A DNA stretch of 64,000 nucleotides, from contig CM114271.1 in NCBI GenBank assembly GCA_050084515.1, forward strand, positions 33,294,001-33,358,000, read 5' to 3'. Of the stretch, positions 50,801-64,000 are shown one piece after another. The notes under the pieces are model-generated. The model had not been told where the DNA came from, did not search any database, and saw nothing but the letters and a program-made list of their open reading frames with translations. The first letter of the stretch is position 1; each line of letters starts with the position of its first letter. Both the position numbers and the translations under genes were made by a program. This DNA is from Blasia pusilla (taxonomy: Eukaryota).

Positions 50801-53800
50801 TGTCAGTAGAATGAGTCAAAGTATGAAATTGTGATATGTAAGAAAGAGGAAAGCAGAGTGAGATGAAGAATTTATGAGTTTTTAAGATATCCAAAACAAC
50901 AAACTGAATTCAGATCAAGGTGAGTGTTTTGCACTGGGTTTTTAGAGTGAGCTAGAGCAATCAGACTGCAATATGCCATGTAAAAATCAAAGCACTAAAT
51001 ATGAAGTAGAGGATCAAGAAATGATGCTAAAATTCATGAGGTGCGTATTAAAAGTGATTGGAAAGTCCTAACAAAAATTTGAGCATGTGAATCAATGAGA
51101 ATATAAGGAAAATTTTGCAATGAAAGTGGACATAGCATATGGATATGCCTTAAGAGTTGAGAAGTACTTCTCTGCAAGCTGAAAGTCTACAAAGCTCAGA
51201 ATACAATAGGCTAACCTCTATAGTCACGTAACGTTGATTGAAGGTCTTGTAGTTGTAATGACAACTTTGGATTGAACTGAAGTAGAGGCTCAACATCTTT
51301 TGTAAAATCAGAAAGTTCTGTATAGGAATCCTTAAGTTTCTTTTTCAGTCTATCTATCTCAGCAACATTATGCTCATTATCATATAATGCTCTATTTAGC
51401 AAACTGGTGCGAGAGTCTACTTGAGTTGATAAGCTTGAAATCTACTCTTGAGCTTTAGCTAGAGCAAGAGTGATCTGTTGGTACGGTTATGACAAAGTTT
51501 CTGATGAATCATGTACGTCTTACAATTGCACATCTACATAGATATGTTCAAGGCAACGGTTATGAGATGTGCTTGATGAAATGGACCACGGCGTACTGGT
51601 CAACGTGTACATAAATTTAATCTCAGAAAAATACATAAAGAAATACCTCAGTTAGTTATAATGAAGAAGTGAATGTTAAAAAATGAAGAGGAATATCATT
51701 AGTAGATTGAATGATAATTGAATGGAAACAATAATGCACGAGAAATATATTTATGGAAAGTGCCAATACACGACATTGTGTCGGTGCCTTTTGGATAATT
51801 GAATATATAGACAATGGGAAAAACTCGAAAGAGCAATAAAAAATTGTAGATTATTAGTAAATAATAAAAAAACTACCATATGAGAAACTAGAACATATTA
51901 GAGTAGTAAAATTCCAAATCAGCAAGTAGTAAAATCCAATCCAAACAGAATGTGGATCCATATGTTGAAGAAGAAATTGGTATAGGCCTTAGAATTAAAA
52001 CAACATGCTAAAAAGTGAACATGATGAAATATTGTTTGAATTGCTGAAACATGGCTTGAGTTGTAAGCAAAAAGAGAAATCAGACCAAATAAAAAAGAAT
52101 TCTGCTTTCATGTATAGCTATTATGAAGTAGAGAGTCAATCATAAGCACCATTGCTTGCATGCACAAAAAAGACAACAAAAATTACAAGATAAATCACAT
52201 AGAAAATGCTTGGAAAATCATAGATTCAACGAAACCATAGAAAGCAAAGCTAAGGGAGAGATGTTTTCGAAATGGCAAAGTGTATAAAGCGCAACATGGT
52301 TGAGGAGAGTGTAGCAACCATGAGTCACTCATGAGAGCAATCATGAGTCGCACATGAGAGCAATCATGATTGCCTCCACCACTAATGTAGCAATGTGGAT
52401 TATGAGAGAGGACAAGTGTGGCACCACGAGCTTAGGGAGGTAACTGTAAGCATGTGCCATCGAGATCTAATCCATCATATGTGGCGTAGCAACAACCGCT
52501 AGGAGTTATTTGGTGGGCATGTGGTGGATCCCATTGCCATCAATACAAGAGATTAGTGCATTGATATGATATGCACATAAGTCTTCATGAAACATGACAT
52601 CATCCGATATGGCCACAAGGATGGACTAGTATGATGATGAAGACGATCGTCAAAAAATAGATGAATCCAAGGACCTTAGGTGGGAGGGGGAAGAGAGGTG
52701 GGGTTTCTTTATAATCACTTATCAATCACAATCAAGGATATGATTGACAAATGATCATATTCAGGATAGATGAGATTATCTCAAGCACAAACGTTGTATT
52801 AATGAACAATAAATGTTTACATAGTTGTGTTGTTATGATATAAAGTGAGGAGCAATATAGGGTCATCTAATTAATGCTCCCTTCTCCCAATTCTTTTCTT
52901 TAAGAAAAATATGTTGGCATATAAGGTAGGGCATTGGAGGACTTGCCATCATCCCTCTATTTGGTGAGAACATATTTGATTGTATTAAGAGCCCTCTAGC
53001 TTCCACTTGGTAATGTTACTTCATATACCATCTCTATTATAGGGTCTTCACTTCCATGAGCACAGATTAGATGAATAAAGATCTAGGATGTTAGATAATT
53101 GAGTGTGTTATTTATTTGAGCATGAGTCTCACCCATCCCTCTACAACATGAATATGGAATTGGGAAGTCTCCATATTTTGGGGTCATGGAGAATATTATG
53201 GAGTTAGACTTATGGTTATTTTTGTACATTGTTTTGTGATGTATGTGGTATTGTATTATACTTTGAGGGCTATTTCCCTTAATTGTGATGGATTAGTGCG
53301 GCATCACACAAATGGACATACAATTCTTTACTAGGAAAGATTATGATGGAGATAGTTATTTTTCATTCCCATCTCTAGTGGAACAATTTAGTTCGAGATT
53401 TAGTTATGTGTATTTTCAGGATATGGAATACCATATGTTTCCAATAGTAGAAAAAGTATAGCATTGACACCACTAATGAAGAAACTAGAACCTCCATAAC
53501 ATCCTCTTCCTAATCGAGCACGCTTGGATATCAAAAAATCAAAATCATTCATGGGCGGCTCATTCTATGCAAGTATGTAAATGTTGCATAGGCAAGCATT
53601 GGTTGAATATAGTAATAAGATGCATATGATTTAAATTGTGGGAAAGATGAACAAACATGAAATGTAATTCCCAACATAGCCTAATGTGCAAGACGATGAT
53701 GGATGAGTGTCTATAAAGGTTTACTTGATTAGTGAGTTAATGAAAAGGATTGAAAGGCTAACAAAATGTAGAATCAAAATGAATTCTTAATCATTTTTTA

Positions 53801-56329
53801 TATATGTCGGGTCGGTCACAAAAGGAGTGTCTCTATATAGCTTGTTACATTGAGCTTATAAAGTTTGGTTTGTTGCAAGTTAGTGAACTAAACATTCCGC
53901 TTGGTTGGTCACAAAGAGAGGCCACATGTTCCGCAAGTCCAAGCATAGTGAAGAACTTGGTTACCTACCATGAGCATTTGTTGCAATGCAGGGGATTCGC
54001 CTTTCCTTACAACTATCTTATGCCTATTCCACGACTATTGTGGAAGACTACAATAATTTTCAATTGATAATCGTTTGGTTGTGGAGAGCTAAAAATGTTG
54101 CGACTCTCCAAGACTATACCATAGTTGCTATTTATTGTCGAGAGCAATAATCTTTCATAGCTGTCAACTATCTTTATAGCTTTGGTTCTTACTTCCAAGA
54201 GCCACAAATAACGTCTATATCTAAGTGGAGTGAAATCATTGAATAGAGGTGATTTGTAGAGAGGTTTAGATATGGTTGTAAATATGCATATTTTTGTTAA
54301 GTATGTGCATCCTTAACTACATAGACTATTCTAGTCTAGAATAAATTTTCTATACATAACTTGATTATAATGTGATAGTATGCGCAATGTAGAGGTTTTA
54401 GTTTTTTTCATTAATTTTTTAATATATTTTGTGGCATATAAACTTTATTCTTATATGCTTAAGGATAACTTGATTGAAAATTCTTAGACATAATTTTTCT
54501 CAATCAAACTTGTTATTAAATTAATATTATTTGTTGAGGAAGAGGATTAATTTGTTAGGAAAGCATATTTCCTATAAAATCAATAAAGTTTTTTCAAAGG
54601 AAAATTTAATGTGAAGTTTTATAATAATTCTTATGAACCTGAAATAAGGTGTATTATTAAATTACATGCTACTATTAATGAATGAAAAGAAAGGGAGATT
54701 ACTTACTCAATATGGAAAATAATTGAAGTAACACCTCATTACGGGATTATAAGATGTCTTTGTTTTTTTCAGAGTTGGAATTTTTTTTAATACATGAAAT
54801 CAAAATTTCCTGAAATTAAGAGGGCACATTTCCCAAAAAATAGGAAGATAAAAATCTAACTTACTAAACTTTTAGCTTACCCTAAACCTCAATCAATGAT
54901 GGATGAGTTTATCATCGCCAAGGACAAAAGTGTATTTTGATTTTTTTTAATAATACTCCATATATTCTTGCTATATTTTTCTATATTCTTGAAATTAACC
55001 GTACATGCCACTTGAAGATAAAAGATAAAAAATGATGAAAGAAAGTAACTCAAAGGGGCCTCAAATTAAAAAATTCAGAGATTGGCAATGAGTGGTGTTT
55101 TAAGAAGAGTTTTTCCATTTTGAATATTACTTTTGGATCATGAATTTCAAATGCAACATGTGTCAAGAAAGGAGAGAGTTGTTTAGGGTTGTTAGTTGTT
55201 TACACCATGTGGAATGGTGTCCCATTGAATAGTATGGATTCTTTAAACAAAAATTATAATTGTAGCTCCATGTGTCTAGGTTGCCATTTCCAAACACACA
55301 AATATTAAATCACTATCGCATACCAACAATAAAGTTATGATTTTGACTACCACCAAGACAACAATGTAAAATTTTGGACTCCAACAAATGCAAAATAAGG
55401 TTCAAGTTTGCACTACCATGGAGACATAACAACATAGGTGTTTGGACTACTGCAAAGAAATTGCGAAGTTGAAGTTTACATTACCACAAAGATATAACAA
55501 TGTAAAGTTTCGGCTACCATCGAGACAACCACTTAATTTCTATCCCCACTACTAAGCCATATTTTGGTGGCCTATGAGTGCTAGATAGAATGCTAGTGCA
55601 GAATGCAAGTTATTCTCTTGAACTTTGTAAACATAAGTTGTGAGCCAATTTAACATAGAAATTTGAGCTAACTCCACTCCTTGTTAGTACTCTCCACTCC
55701 GTACTAAACTTTCTTTTTTCTCTATTCTCAATGTTGTGTTAGCATTTATTTATCGGTTTACTCTCTACATTCCACATCTTTTTCTATTCACTCCAATTTC
55801 ATTCCTTCTAGTTTAGCGTCCAATTTAATTTTCCTCCCCATCAAACAAAGTTGGAAAAATCCCATAAATTTGTTATGGACTACTATGCAGGCACAACAAC
55901 GTAAGAGTCTAGACTACCATGATAACACAATGAGGTTGAAATTTGGTTTATTCTTAGAGTCAAAATGACCACAATGAGAAGATCTTGAAACCCTTTTTTT
56001 TATGTGTATACAATATACATTAAAATCTCATTTATTTCTATGGGGAGTCATTTGCACCATTCAATGAGGAGTTGGCTTATATTAAAGTGTTTATGTGTGC
56101 TCTAGATATAATATCTCCCTACTTGGAGAGGAGTGCCAACTTTTCAAAAAACATTGTGGTGCTCGACTTACTAAGAGCTATCATCTCAACCAAGACTAAG
56201 AAACAAATTTCCTAGTATGGTTTTTGATATGGTTCCATTCCTTCATATTGCCTCATATTCATTGTTTAAGGGTTTCTTATGTGATAATGCTTATTACAAT
56301 GAATTGTGTTGTCTTAATTTCAAGTCTTG

Positions 56330-56700
56330 TCTCTCTTAAAAAACCAAAAGTAGCATGGAATAAAGAGAATAAGAGAATGTTTATTGATTTGTCTGAAGAG
56401 TGTTACTTTCAACATTGTAATCGAGACAATGTGATCCAAGATCAATTGCGATTCCTTGCAATTCATGTGAATGAAAGATGTCAAGTGACCATACCATATG
56501 AGCCATAAATGTTAAGAAAAAAATTAGATGGGCTAGTAAAAAAGTATAAGAGTGAAAAAATAAAACAAGATCAAACGAACCAAACCAAAACAAACCAAGT
56601 GAGTGGAAATATTATGCTCAGATACACAGGTTGAGAGGTCCATCGCCAAAGAAATCAAGAATACCGGGTGCAAGTGATGCTGGTACTAATATCCAAGAAT
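56330..56700 (+). pseudogene. Myb/SANT-like (trihelix) DNA-binding ORF of a PIF/Harbinger transposon, decayed
   Basis: VAWNKENKRMFIDL...LAIHVNE...KKLDGLVKKYKSEK...SEWKYYAQIH fits the trihelix pattern. Convergent with the adjacent Harbinger transposase. Confidence 0.65.
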
Positions 56701-57436
56701 CAATTGGTATGGACTTTTTTGTTGATTTGAGTGAAGAAGACCTCATCCATACTGAATCTCAACCATCATTTATTCACATTCTATCTGATGAGGGCAATAA
56801 ATTTATGGATCAGTTTAGAAATCCTTCTATTCATCCATCAATAGATACACTATTATGTGAACCAATAGAGGTCCAAGAAGTCCAAGAAGTAAAGCATGTT
56901 CCCGACCGGGTATTGCGAGCAATATCCAGGGATAACCGGGGTTACGTGTTGAGCTGCCCAGAAGAATTTGAGAATATTTGATGCAGTTCGTTACTTTCCG
57001 GCCAAAAATTGAGGGTTCAGGGATGATGTCCTTTGTATTCGTATTTGTTTAGCCGGTTGGAATGACAAAAAATTCAAAAATTTCCGCTCGGTTTTGTAGA
57101 GACCAAAAATATACCGGTTGTCACGAAAAAACTCCCCGGACCCTGATTGCAAGATAACCAAACAAAAAAAGAAAGTCGATAAATACCAATGATATTACTA
57201 CACAATTAATGAATGTCTTTATTCAAGTTTTGAATGAGACAAGTGAGAAGAAAGCTCAACAGGAAGATAAAAAATTGGAACTCATGTCTTAAATATTCAA
57301 ACTTTGCCACATGGGGCTTCCGTTGGAGAGAGAAAAGCGAGAAGGAAAATCATCAACAACATCTTCTTTTGAAAAATAAGTATGTATATATACCTCATGT
57401 TCTATCATCGCTCAAGTAAGCATGTATGTCACAGAA

Positions 57437-58523
57437 CTATTTAAACAATGTTGCTCGCACTAGTTCACCTACGATTGCTCTTCTCCTCACAATTGTACTT
57501 CCAAGTTGTGATTGGATAATTCCACCATTCATCCTCTCATCCACTAGATTAATGTCTTGCGGTAAGGGCTTTGTAGGTAGGATAATCAAATTTTGCAGAA
57601 TTCCACATACAAGCGTTACTTTAGAAACCATTTCTAGAGACATTGGACAATCACGTAGAATTGTCCATCTTTTTTTCAAATGACCAAAAGATTTTTCTAT
57701 TTTCATCCTTGCATTTGATGTATGTCTATCAAATATAATTTCCAATGGATTGCCTTGATGTAGGTTTTGATGGAAGCCCTTCAATAGCCATGGTTGTAGG
57801 GGATAGGCTATATCCCCAAGTATTATGGGCTGAATGACTTAAACCTCTTTGTGATCAAGTGGCAATATAATTTTTTTGTTGAGAAAGGATACGTTTCTCT
57901 TCAATGCATTAAAACACTATGGATTTCCTTCAATATGCACCATCATGAGTGGATCCGGGCTCAATACAACATAAGTCCCAAAACTTCATATCGACATCAC
58001 ATATACCTTGGAGAAGCATTGAATAATCAGAGTGATTATTTCTATATATAGTGCTTTGGGAAACATTTCATAGTAGGTTTGAATTTAGGTTTTACCTGAG
58101 ACCCATCTATGGCTCCTATGGTTTGTGAAACTCCACAAATACGCTTATATTTGCAGATTTGTTCAATCTTTTCATCAATTTTTGGCCATCTAACATATTT
58201 GACGTACAATTTATGTCTTCTGCTTAGAATGTGACTGATAATGGATGTGTATTTGACAATTTCTGATTGTCCAATCTCATATAAGTCACTCAAGATTCGA
58301 AATGGTGGATTGTGGGCAAATCTATAGATAACTACCACAACACACTTTGTTATCTCAACTCTTTTTCTCGCTCTTTCCCACGTTGATATTGGTGGCATGA
58401 ATGGTTCAATCATATCTATTAGTTTATGGAAATTTTCAAAAGATATTGTATATGGACTTCGCATGTGAGTGTAAAGAAAATCGTTATTATAAGTCCAAAC
58501 CTCTTTATGCATGACCTTCAACA
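57437..58523 (-). pseudogene. PIF/Harbinger DDE transposase (HARBI1-like), decayed; 5' part interrupted by MTase retroelement copy 2
   Basis: MRS...F..L, LSDLYEIGQS, TIGAIDGSQV, GSTHD, LGDIAYPLQPWLLK, FDRHTSNARMKIEKSFGHLKKRWTIL, CGILQN. Confidence 0.88.
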
Positions 58524-59589
58524 TGTCACATCTTTTAGGATAGATCGGTAAGATGTAGTAGAGAGCCTTCGCGTGTAGTTGAGGACACACTCAAGAGGTC
58601 GAGGATGACCTGTTGAGGCTTTGGGAAACTTGAGAGAGCATGTTTCCCCTTCGTTTCGGCTCATTTGGAGTCATATTGAGGAACAAACTATTTTAGGTAA
58701 GTACCATTTTGAGTATATGGTTGACTTTCTATTTTGGGAAGTGGCCTTTGACCTCCTACATGAGGTCAAGAGCCAAGGAGGTGACTTGGGAGCAGAGGTT
58801 GCCATGGAGAGAGTTTGGGAGAAGAGAGGAGTATACATCAAGGAGAGAGAGCTTGAGAGCTCATTCTCTCGTTGTTGAACGTGTTGACACAAGGCAGTGG
58901 AGCTATGGTCCCTTGCCTTGTGAGTGCAACCCAAGTCTCTCATTAGGAGAGTGGGTTTGGTTTGATATTGAGAGAGACATGTGAGAGTGCACACATGTGA
59001 GATGTATAGTGTTGTGAGAGAGATTTCATCTTATTTTACAAAGAGAGAATTGAGAGGGTGAGAAAGCTCCATGGGAGAGCTCGCTAGTTGCTCGATATTT
59101 GGTGCAGGTTGGGGACCGTGTTCCCCACTTCATGGCTTATGGGAGTGCTCACGGGAGCAAGAGCCGCGCTATTTTGACGTTTGTGTGTCGATTTTTCATG
59201 TGAGAGAGTGGCGCGCGAAAGCGCTACCCAATTTTTTATAGGGATTGAGTATGGGGGCGGGTTGCCCCATGCCGGTGCTCTCAGGAGCACCATGTAGCTT
59301 GCTGATTTGTGCAGGTTTTACATTTTCGTTGGGAAAAATCAGTGCGGAAGTGCTGCCAAAATTTATGTAGGAGAAGAGACATTGGGATTTACAACAGTCC
59401 CCTTCAATATTTATTGGAATGTTTGATTCAAAATATTTTTAAAATCATCGTAGATCGTAAAGTTGTGCACGCTGTGCAATAGACAATGCATGATTTGGAG
59501 CTGCGAGCAGAAAGTTATGGCCAATTTGGCAAAACTGCCATTGTTAGGCAATTTTTAGGGTAAAATTGTTCAAACCGTAAATCTTCCAC

Positions 59590-59750
59590 CTTCAATGGTC
59601 CGCCATCAATGGTCAACCGTCACCATCAACGATCCGCCATCAACACTTCACCGTCACCATTGACGATCCACCATCAACGGTCCACCATCACCGTCAACGA
59701 TCCATCGTCGCCGTCTGTCGTTGACCTTTGACCGTCGACCGCCGCTGCCT
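59590..59750 (+). repeat. Degenerate minisatellite (ccatcaacgg/tccgccatca-type units) in the retroelement leader
   Basis: Repeated ccatcaa(c/t)g(g/a)tcc / ccgtcaccat motifs. Confidence 0.6.
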
Positions 59751-62700
59751 CCTACCGCCTCTCAGAGCCGCGTTCGGCCGTTGTCCACCATTGGTTGCCA
59801 TTGCCACTATTATCGAGCGGGCGATCTTCCACGATGGCCGTTGATTCTCTGACTTGCGCCGCCACCACGTTCTTTGTTGTGGCCGTCACCGTCATCGCAG
59901 TTTTGTCATCAATGAATAATGGTAGGTGAGCTTGGATTATGGTGTTTGAGTTTTTTATTTCATTCTGCAATGTTTTGATTGGTAGTCGCTCAACGACAAT
60001 CGAGTACCACGCTGTGACGCCTGTAGCCACAACGTATCGTCGATTGCTACGCCGTGCCGCTCGTGACCGCACCGCACCGTCTTGATCACGGAGCCGCTCC
60101 TTCACTAAGGAGTAGAGCGTCTGTATTGCTGATTGAGGAGGGTATGACACAGAGTGCCGCATCCCATTATCGAGTGCCGTGCCATTTTGTAGTCGTTTCC
60201 GTGCCGTACCGTACTGCTGGATCCGCACCGTATATTGAGGAGGCTTGAGCAATTTCAGTTCGCGAGGAGTACGACTTGCTGATTGGAGGAGTTGTCTTCA
60301 CGATGGAGTTGGGGTCGAGATTTGTACTTGTCGAGGAGTGACATCGACATTATTGTCATGTTATCCATTTTGGTCTCTTACCCTGCACGTATGAGGGATT
60401 TCCGGGTATTGGGAAGTTATTTGGGATATTGTGCTAATGAAGAGAGCATCGATGATGTATGGGTTTAGGGGACATAGACTTGTGTGGGATGTCGTGTTGA
60501 TGTAGTTGATTTGCCGTACCATGCCGTTGGTTTCCGCAGAGCGCACATCTCAGTGAGAGAGTGTAGATTGAGTGCCGTATGTTAGATTGACGGATTGAGT
60601 GATTACTCGCGAGGTTGAGAGTGATCGCATGAGAGGGGCACGAGGGTCATCACTGCGTCCTTTTGGGACTTTGAGAGGCAAGGAGATGGAGATGAGAGTA
60701 GCTTTAGAGAGTTTACCCAGAGTGGTGCGAGGTTTCAAGAGTCTCCACGTGAGAGACCACCTCGATCTCCTTCTATGTCGTCTTTAGACGAGGGGGAGAG
60801 TGTGAAGGAGTGTGCTAGTGATCCACTGCACACATTGGGTGGTCCTACCAATTGGGCGTACGAGATGGACGACCGGGGTAGAGGACCACATAGGCTTTCG
60901 GGTGCTATAGGCACTATAGAGTTACACGACTTCATTGCGGAGTTTAGGAGTTGGTGTGACTCACTGCAGGCTATGAACTCCAGAGAGTTTAACCCGTTTA
61001 CAACATGGAACGGTATGTTCCAGCATTTAGAGGGGCCACCCATGGACGATTAGTATGAGTTCTCCCACAGATATGCCCAGGAGATTGAGGCATGGTGACT
61101 CTACTATGACCCACACTATATGTCATGGACGAAACCGTTCCTAGATGAGGAGGAGGCGTGAGGAGAGGCTACTTCCTCTTCCACTAGTGATGTTTTAGGA
61201 GGGGTCACTTGCACTGGAGCTGTTGCACCGTCTAGTCGGGTTCGTCCTAGGTTCAACCCCATGGTTGAGTTCTTCGCTGAGTTGAGGGCAAGCCACCAAG
61301 GGGTACGGACGGAGAAGTTACGGAGCATCCACGACTTCTAGAGGCAGCCAAGTGAGAGTTTGCATGAGGCCTGCACCCGCTTGCGCTAGTTGATTAATGT
61401 CACTTAGGGGTGACAGAGGCTTAAGCTATCCAATCATGGTATGCGATGCTAGACTGGACCTGCAGACATGGGTGCAGGAGGGGATGCTTTGTATGAACAC
61501 CTCCCCTACATTGAGGGATGTTTTTAGGACTGCCGAGAACATTGAGCGCAACATGGCGGAGGAAACCGTAGCCACCATGGATTCTGGGCGAGAGCAGTCA
61601 CGATTGCCTCCACCACCAAAGCAGTAACGTGGATTCCGAGATAAGTCTGTAACACCACGAGCTCAGGGAGAATACCAAGAGGCTCTGCCATAGAGACTTG
61701 CGCCTTCATATGCGGCTCAAAAGCAGCCGCCTACGATTACTTGTTGGTCATGTGGTGGAGCCCATCATCAGCATGATTGCACTCGTCAGGGTCATAGGCG
61801 CGTGCCTTAGCATGGAGGAGGAGATGGTGCTGCACCAGGAGGTTATCAGAGTGACTATTGTCAGAGGCACGGTCACACACGCACGAGATGTTTCACCTTG
61901 CACCCTCAGTTACGTCCGGACCAAGGGCTAGAGAGGGCACCAGAGCGAGTTGCCGGTCTGGGTTGGCCTAGAGGTTGTGCATCAGGTGGTCTCATTGGGG
62001 GACGAGGAGTTGGATTTGCCCGAGAGATGGTGGAGTTGCCCGTGGAGGAGGTAGAGTCCCACCACCTAGATGCGTCGAGGGAGACGCCATGCGTGAGCCT
62101 CGGATGGCTACTCAGATACAACAGCTACATTAGTAGATTACTACTATGGCATTGAGGTTACCCGATGCCAGATCCGTGGCATTGACGTCTAATGGAGCCG
62201 CCAGAGATATTTAAGATCTTGGTTGGATGTGCGAGGTTGCCCAGATGGAGGCCGCGCAGTTGTTACGCGTGGAGGAGCGGGAAAGTTGGATCCACAACGA
62301 GGGGAAGCCAGGAAACAGACCAAGATTCCTCATTCTTTTACGTTGTCCGAGGTGATGAGGACCCCATCGATGGATCCTGAACAGAGTTCTCGGAGAGTTG
62401 GTGATCTTGTTGGTGTGCAAGCACATAGATTGATGGGAGAAGCGAGTGTGATGACTCCTATTGCTGATGCCCTGGAGGAGCATCTGTCAAGCACGTTGTT
62501 GGGGGCGGCCACTGTTGTGTACCGCCCTCCTTTGTTCTCTGCTTTCGATGTTATGACGTTGGAAGGTACGCCCGCTGAGTTTTTCCGGCTGGCTGCGGCG
62601 CTCTGGGAGCGTGGAGTTGGAGTTCCTGCATCACGTTCAGAGGTGATTGCAGAGGAGGTGATGGACCTGCCCTTGGAGCTTATGCTCGGGCCATCCACTT

Positions 62701-63574
62701 CAAATTCATGGCAGGCTGCGGTTGCTAGGATAGCGGAGATGCCTGCTAGACCCGCGATAGAGTGTGCCATGGCTTCTCCTAGTGTTGTTTTGCTGGATAA
62801 CCAGGGAGAGGTATTCCAGTTGGTGAGTCCAATAGGTAGAGCTTTTAGTCCACAGTGCGTCTTGTTGGATTCAGGAGCGCAACCTGTGATGTTGGGGAAA
62901 GCATCATTCAGAGGATTGGGCTTGACGAGAGCCAATATGGAGCGTTGTCCATCCCGGATACAAACATCCTTGGGTGGAGTGAGTACCATACAATATATCA
63001 CCCGACATAAGGTTGTGGTGAGGATTCATCTCGGACACCCTACAGATGAGTCTGTGGTGCGAGCCAAGGCGATAGTGACCGATGCATAGTCCTACGACGT
63101 CTTGGTTGGTGGAGCAGTGTTGTACCCAATGGGGTTTTCCCTAGATTATTGGGAGGAGTCAGCGTCCTACAGACCAAGATGGCAGTTAGGTGATGGGCGC
63201 CTTAGATCATTACCCATTCGATTTACAGGTGGAGTGATTGAGCGACGGCCACGAGAGATGGAGACCTTAGCATCATTTAGCAGCGCCATCACTTGGCCTA
63301 GTGATTTGATTGAGAGACATGCCCATGTAGAGGACACTCCCGTTCTTGACATTTCTATGGAGAGGAGTGTCATGGTTGCCGCATCAGTCCTTGGAGGAGA
63401 GATGCCGCTTTGGGGCTCAACTGAGGAGCTTCGATGCTTAGCCACTGAGCATCTGCAGACCACGTGGAGCGAGATGTTTGCACTAGAGCGTGACGGGTCA
63501 GAGGAATATGAGGTAGCCAAGAGTGCTATGATGACACCCTTGGATACCATACCCCTTATGTGGCGCATCCTAAA

Positions 63575-64000
63575 GGAGGGTATTCGGGTGTTGGATCTCT
63601 TTGGAGCGATCAACACTGGGTTAGCTTTTGTTTTGTACGCAAGAGTATGTGTGCAATAGTATCTGTATGTGGAGATTGATGATGTTGCGAGGCGCGCTTC
63701 ACTTCACCATGTGGCGCAGTTACGCCTCCGTTTTCTTGACTTGTTGTCTGCGTCCGCTGTCCACGGATACTAGAGTTCCCTACCAAGGGATATTTCATTG
63801 TTGGGGGCGTAGGACTTGGAGCGGGTAGGGGCCATAGATTTGGTCATTGCTGGTTGGCCGTGTCAGGGCCAATCGAGTGCTGGATGAGGTAATGGGTTAG
63901 GTGACACTCGGTCCTGGTTGTTTTGGGAGATGATGCAGATTTTGTGACACTTACAAGAGCATCAGTCTCATTCTCCAACATACTTTCTGGAGAATGTGCC
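63575..64000 (+). pseudogene. N-terminal part of the DNMT3-like C5 methyltransferase (motifs I-VI), copy 2
   Basis: GIRVLDLFGAINTGL (motif I), YLYVEID (II), RDI (III), IDLVIAGWPCQG (IV), YFLENVP (VI). Same frame as the protease-containing ORFs 62223-63659, with stops. Confidence 0.9.

Larger units (their letters stand above)
58524..64000 (+). mobile_element. MTase-carrying gypsy retrotransposon copy 2, 5' portion (runs off the window)
   Basis: Begins TGTCACATC with repeat A (58524-59038), then a long leader, gag-like ORFs ~60775-61900 with knuckles (CWSCGGAHHQHDC; SDYCQRHGHTRTRC), aspartic protease (VLLDSGAQPVMLG ~62860; DVLVG) and MTase. Confidence 0.88.

Noticed and set aside
55335-55950. 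~34-bp periodic motif (tttggactac...acaacg/atgtaaag) resembling a CRISPR array
   Set aside because: Units are degenerate along their whole length, with no constant repeat plus unique spacer and no cas genes, in a eukaryotic context. It is a decayed minisatellite.
56893-57146. GC-richer ~250 bp segment inside the Harbinger Myb ORF, possible hAT-type MITE
   Set aside because: Candidate ends (catgttcccg / ccggaccctg) pair poorly and no TSD is evident.

Overview
Repeat-rich eukaryotic DNA, most likely from a land plant; a non-seed plant such as a bryophyte is my inference from the TE types. Only one host gene is clearly intact, an NDR1/HIN1-like LEA_2 gene (44160-44864, +). Positions 3.5-27 kb are a three-level nest of Ty3/gypsy retrotransposons. 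A chromovirus (TSD CCAAT) is broken by a ~6.15 kb inversion and carries a 14 kb insertion of a second gypsy family. That insertion in turn holds a full-length chromovirus and a solo LTR. The second family has two copies here (5245-19201 on -, 58524->64000 on +) and is the standout. Its polyprotein order is gag-PR-[DNMT3-like C5 cytosine methyltransferase]-RT-RNaseH-DDE integrase-[PHD finger]. Its ends appear to be split direct repeats (A1-ORFs-B1-A2-B2) rather than two identical LTRs. Also present: a ~340 bp tandem repeat, Helitron-like tandem units, an EngA/Der GTPase pseudo-exon, a truncated Ty1/copia element and a decayed PIF/Harbinger element. All protein-family calls come from motif recognition by eye, with no database search.
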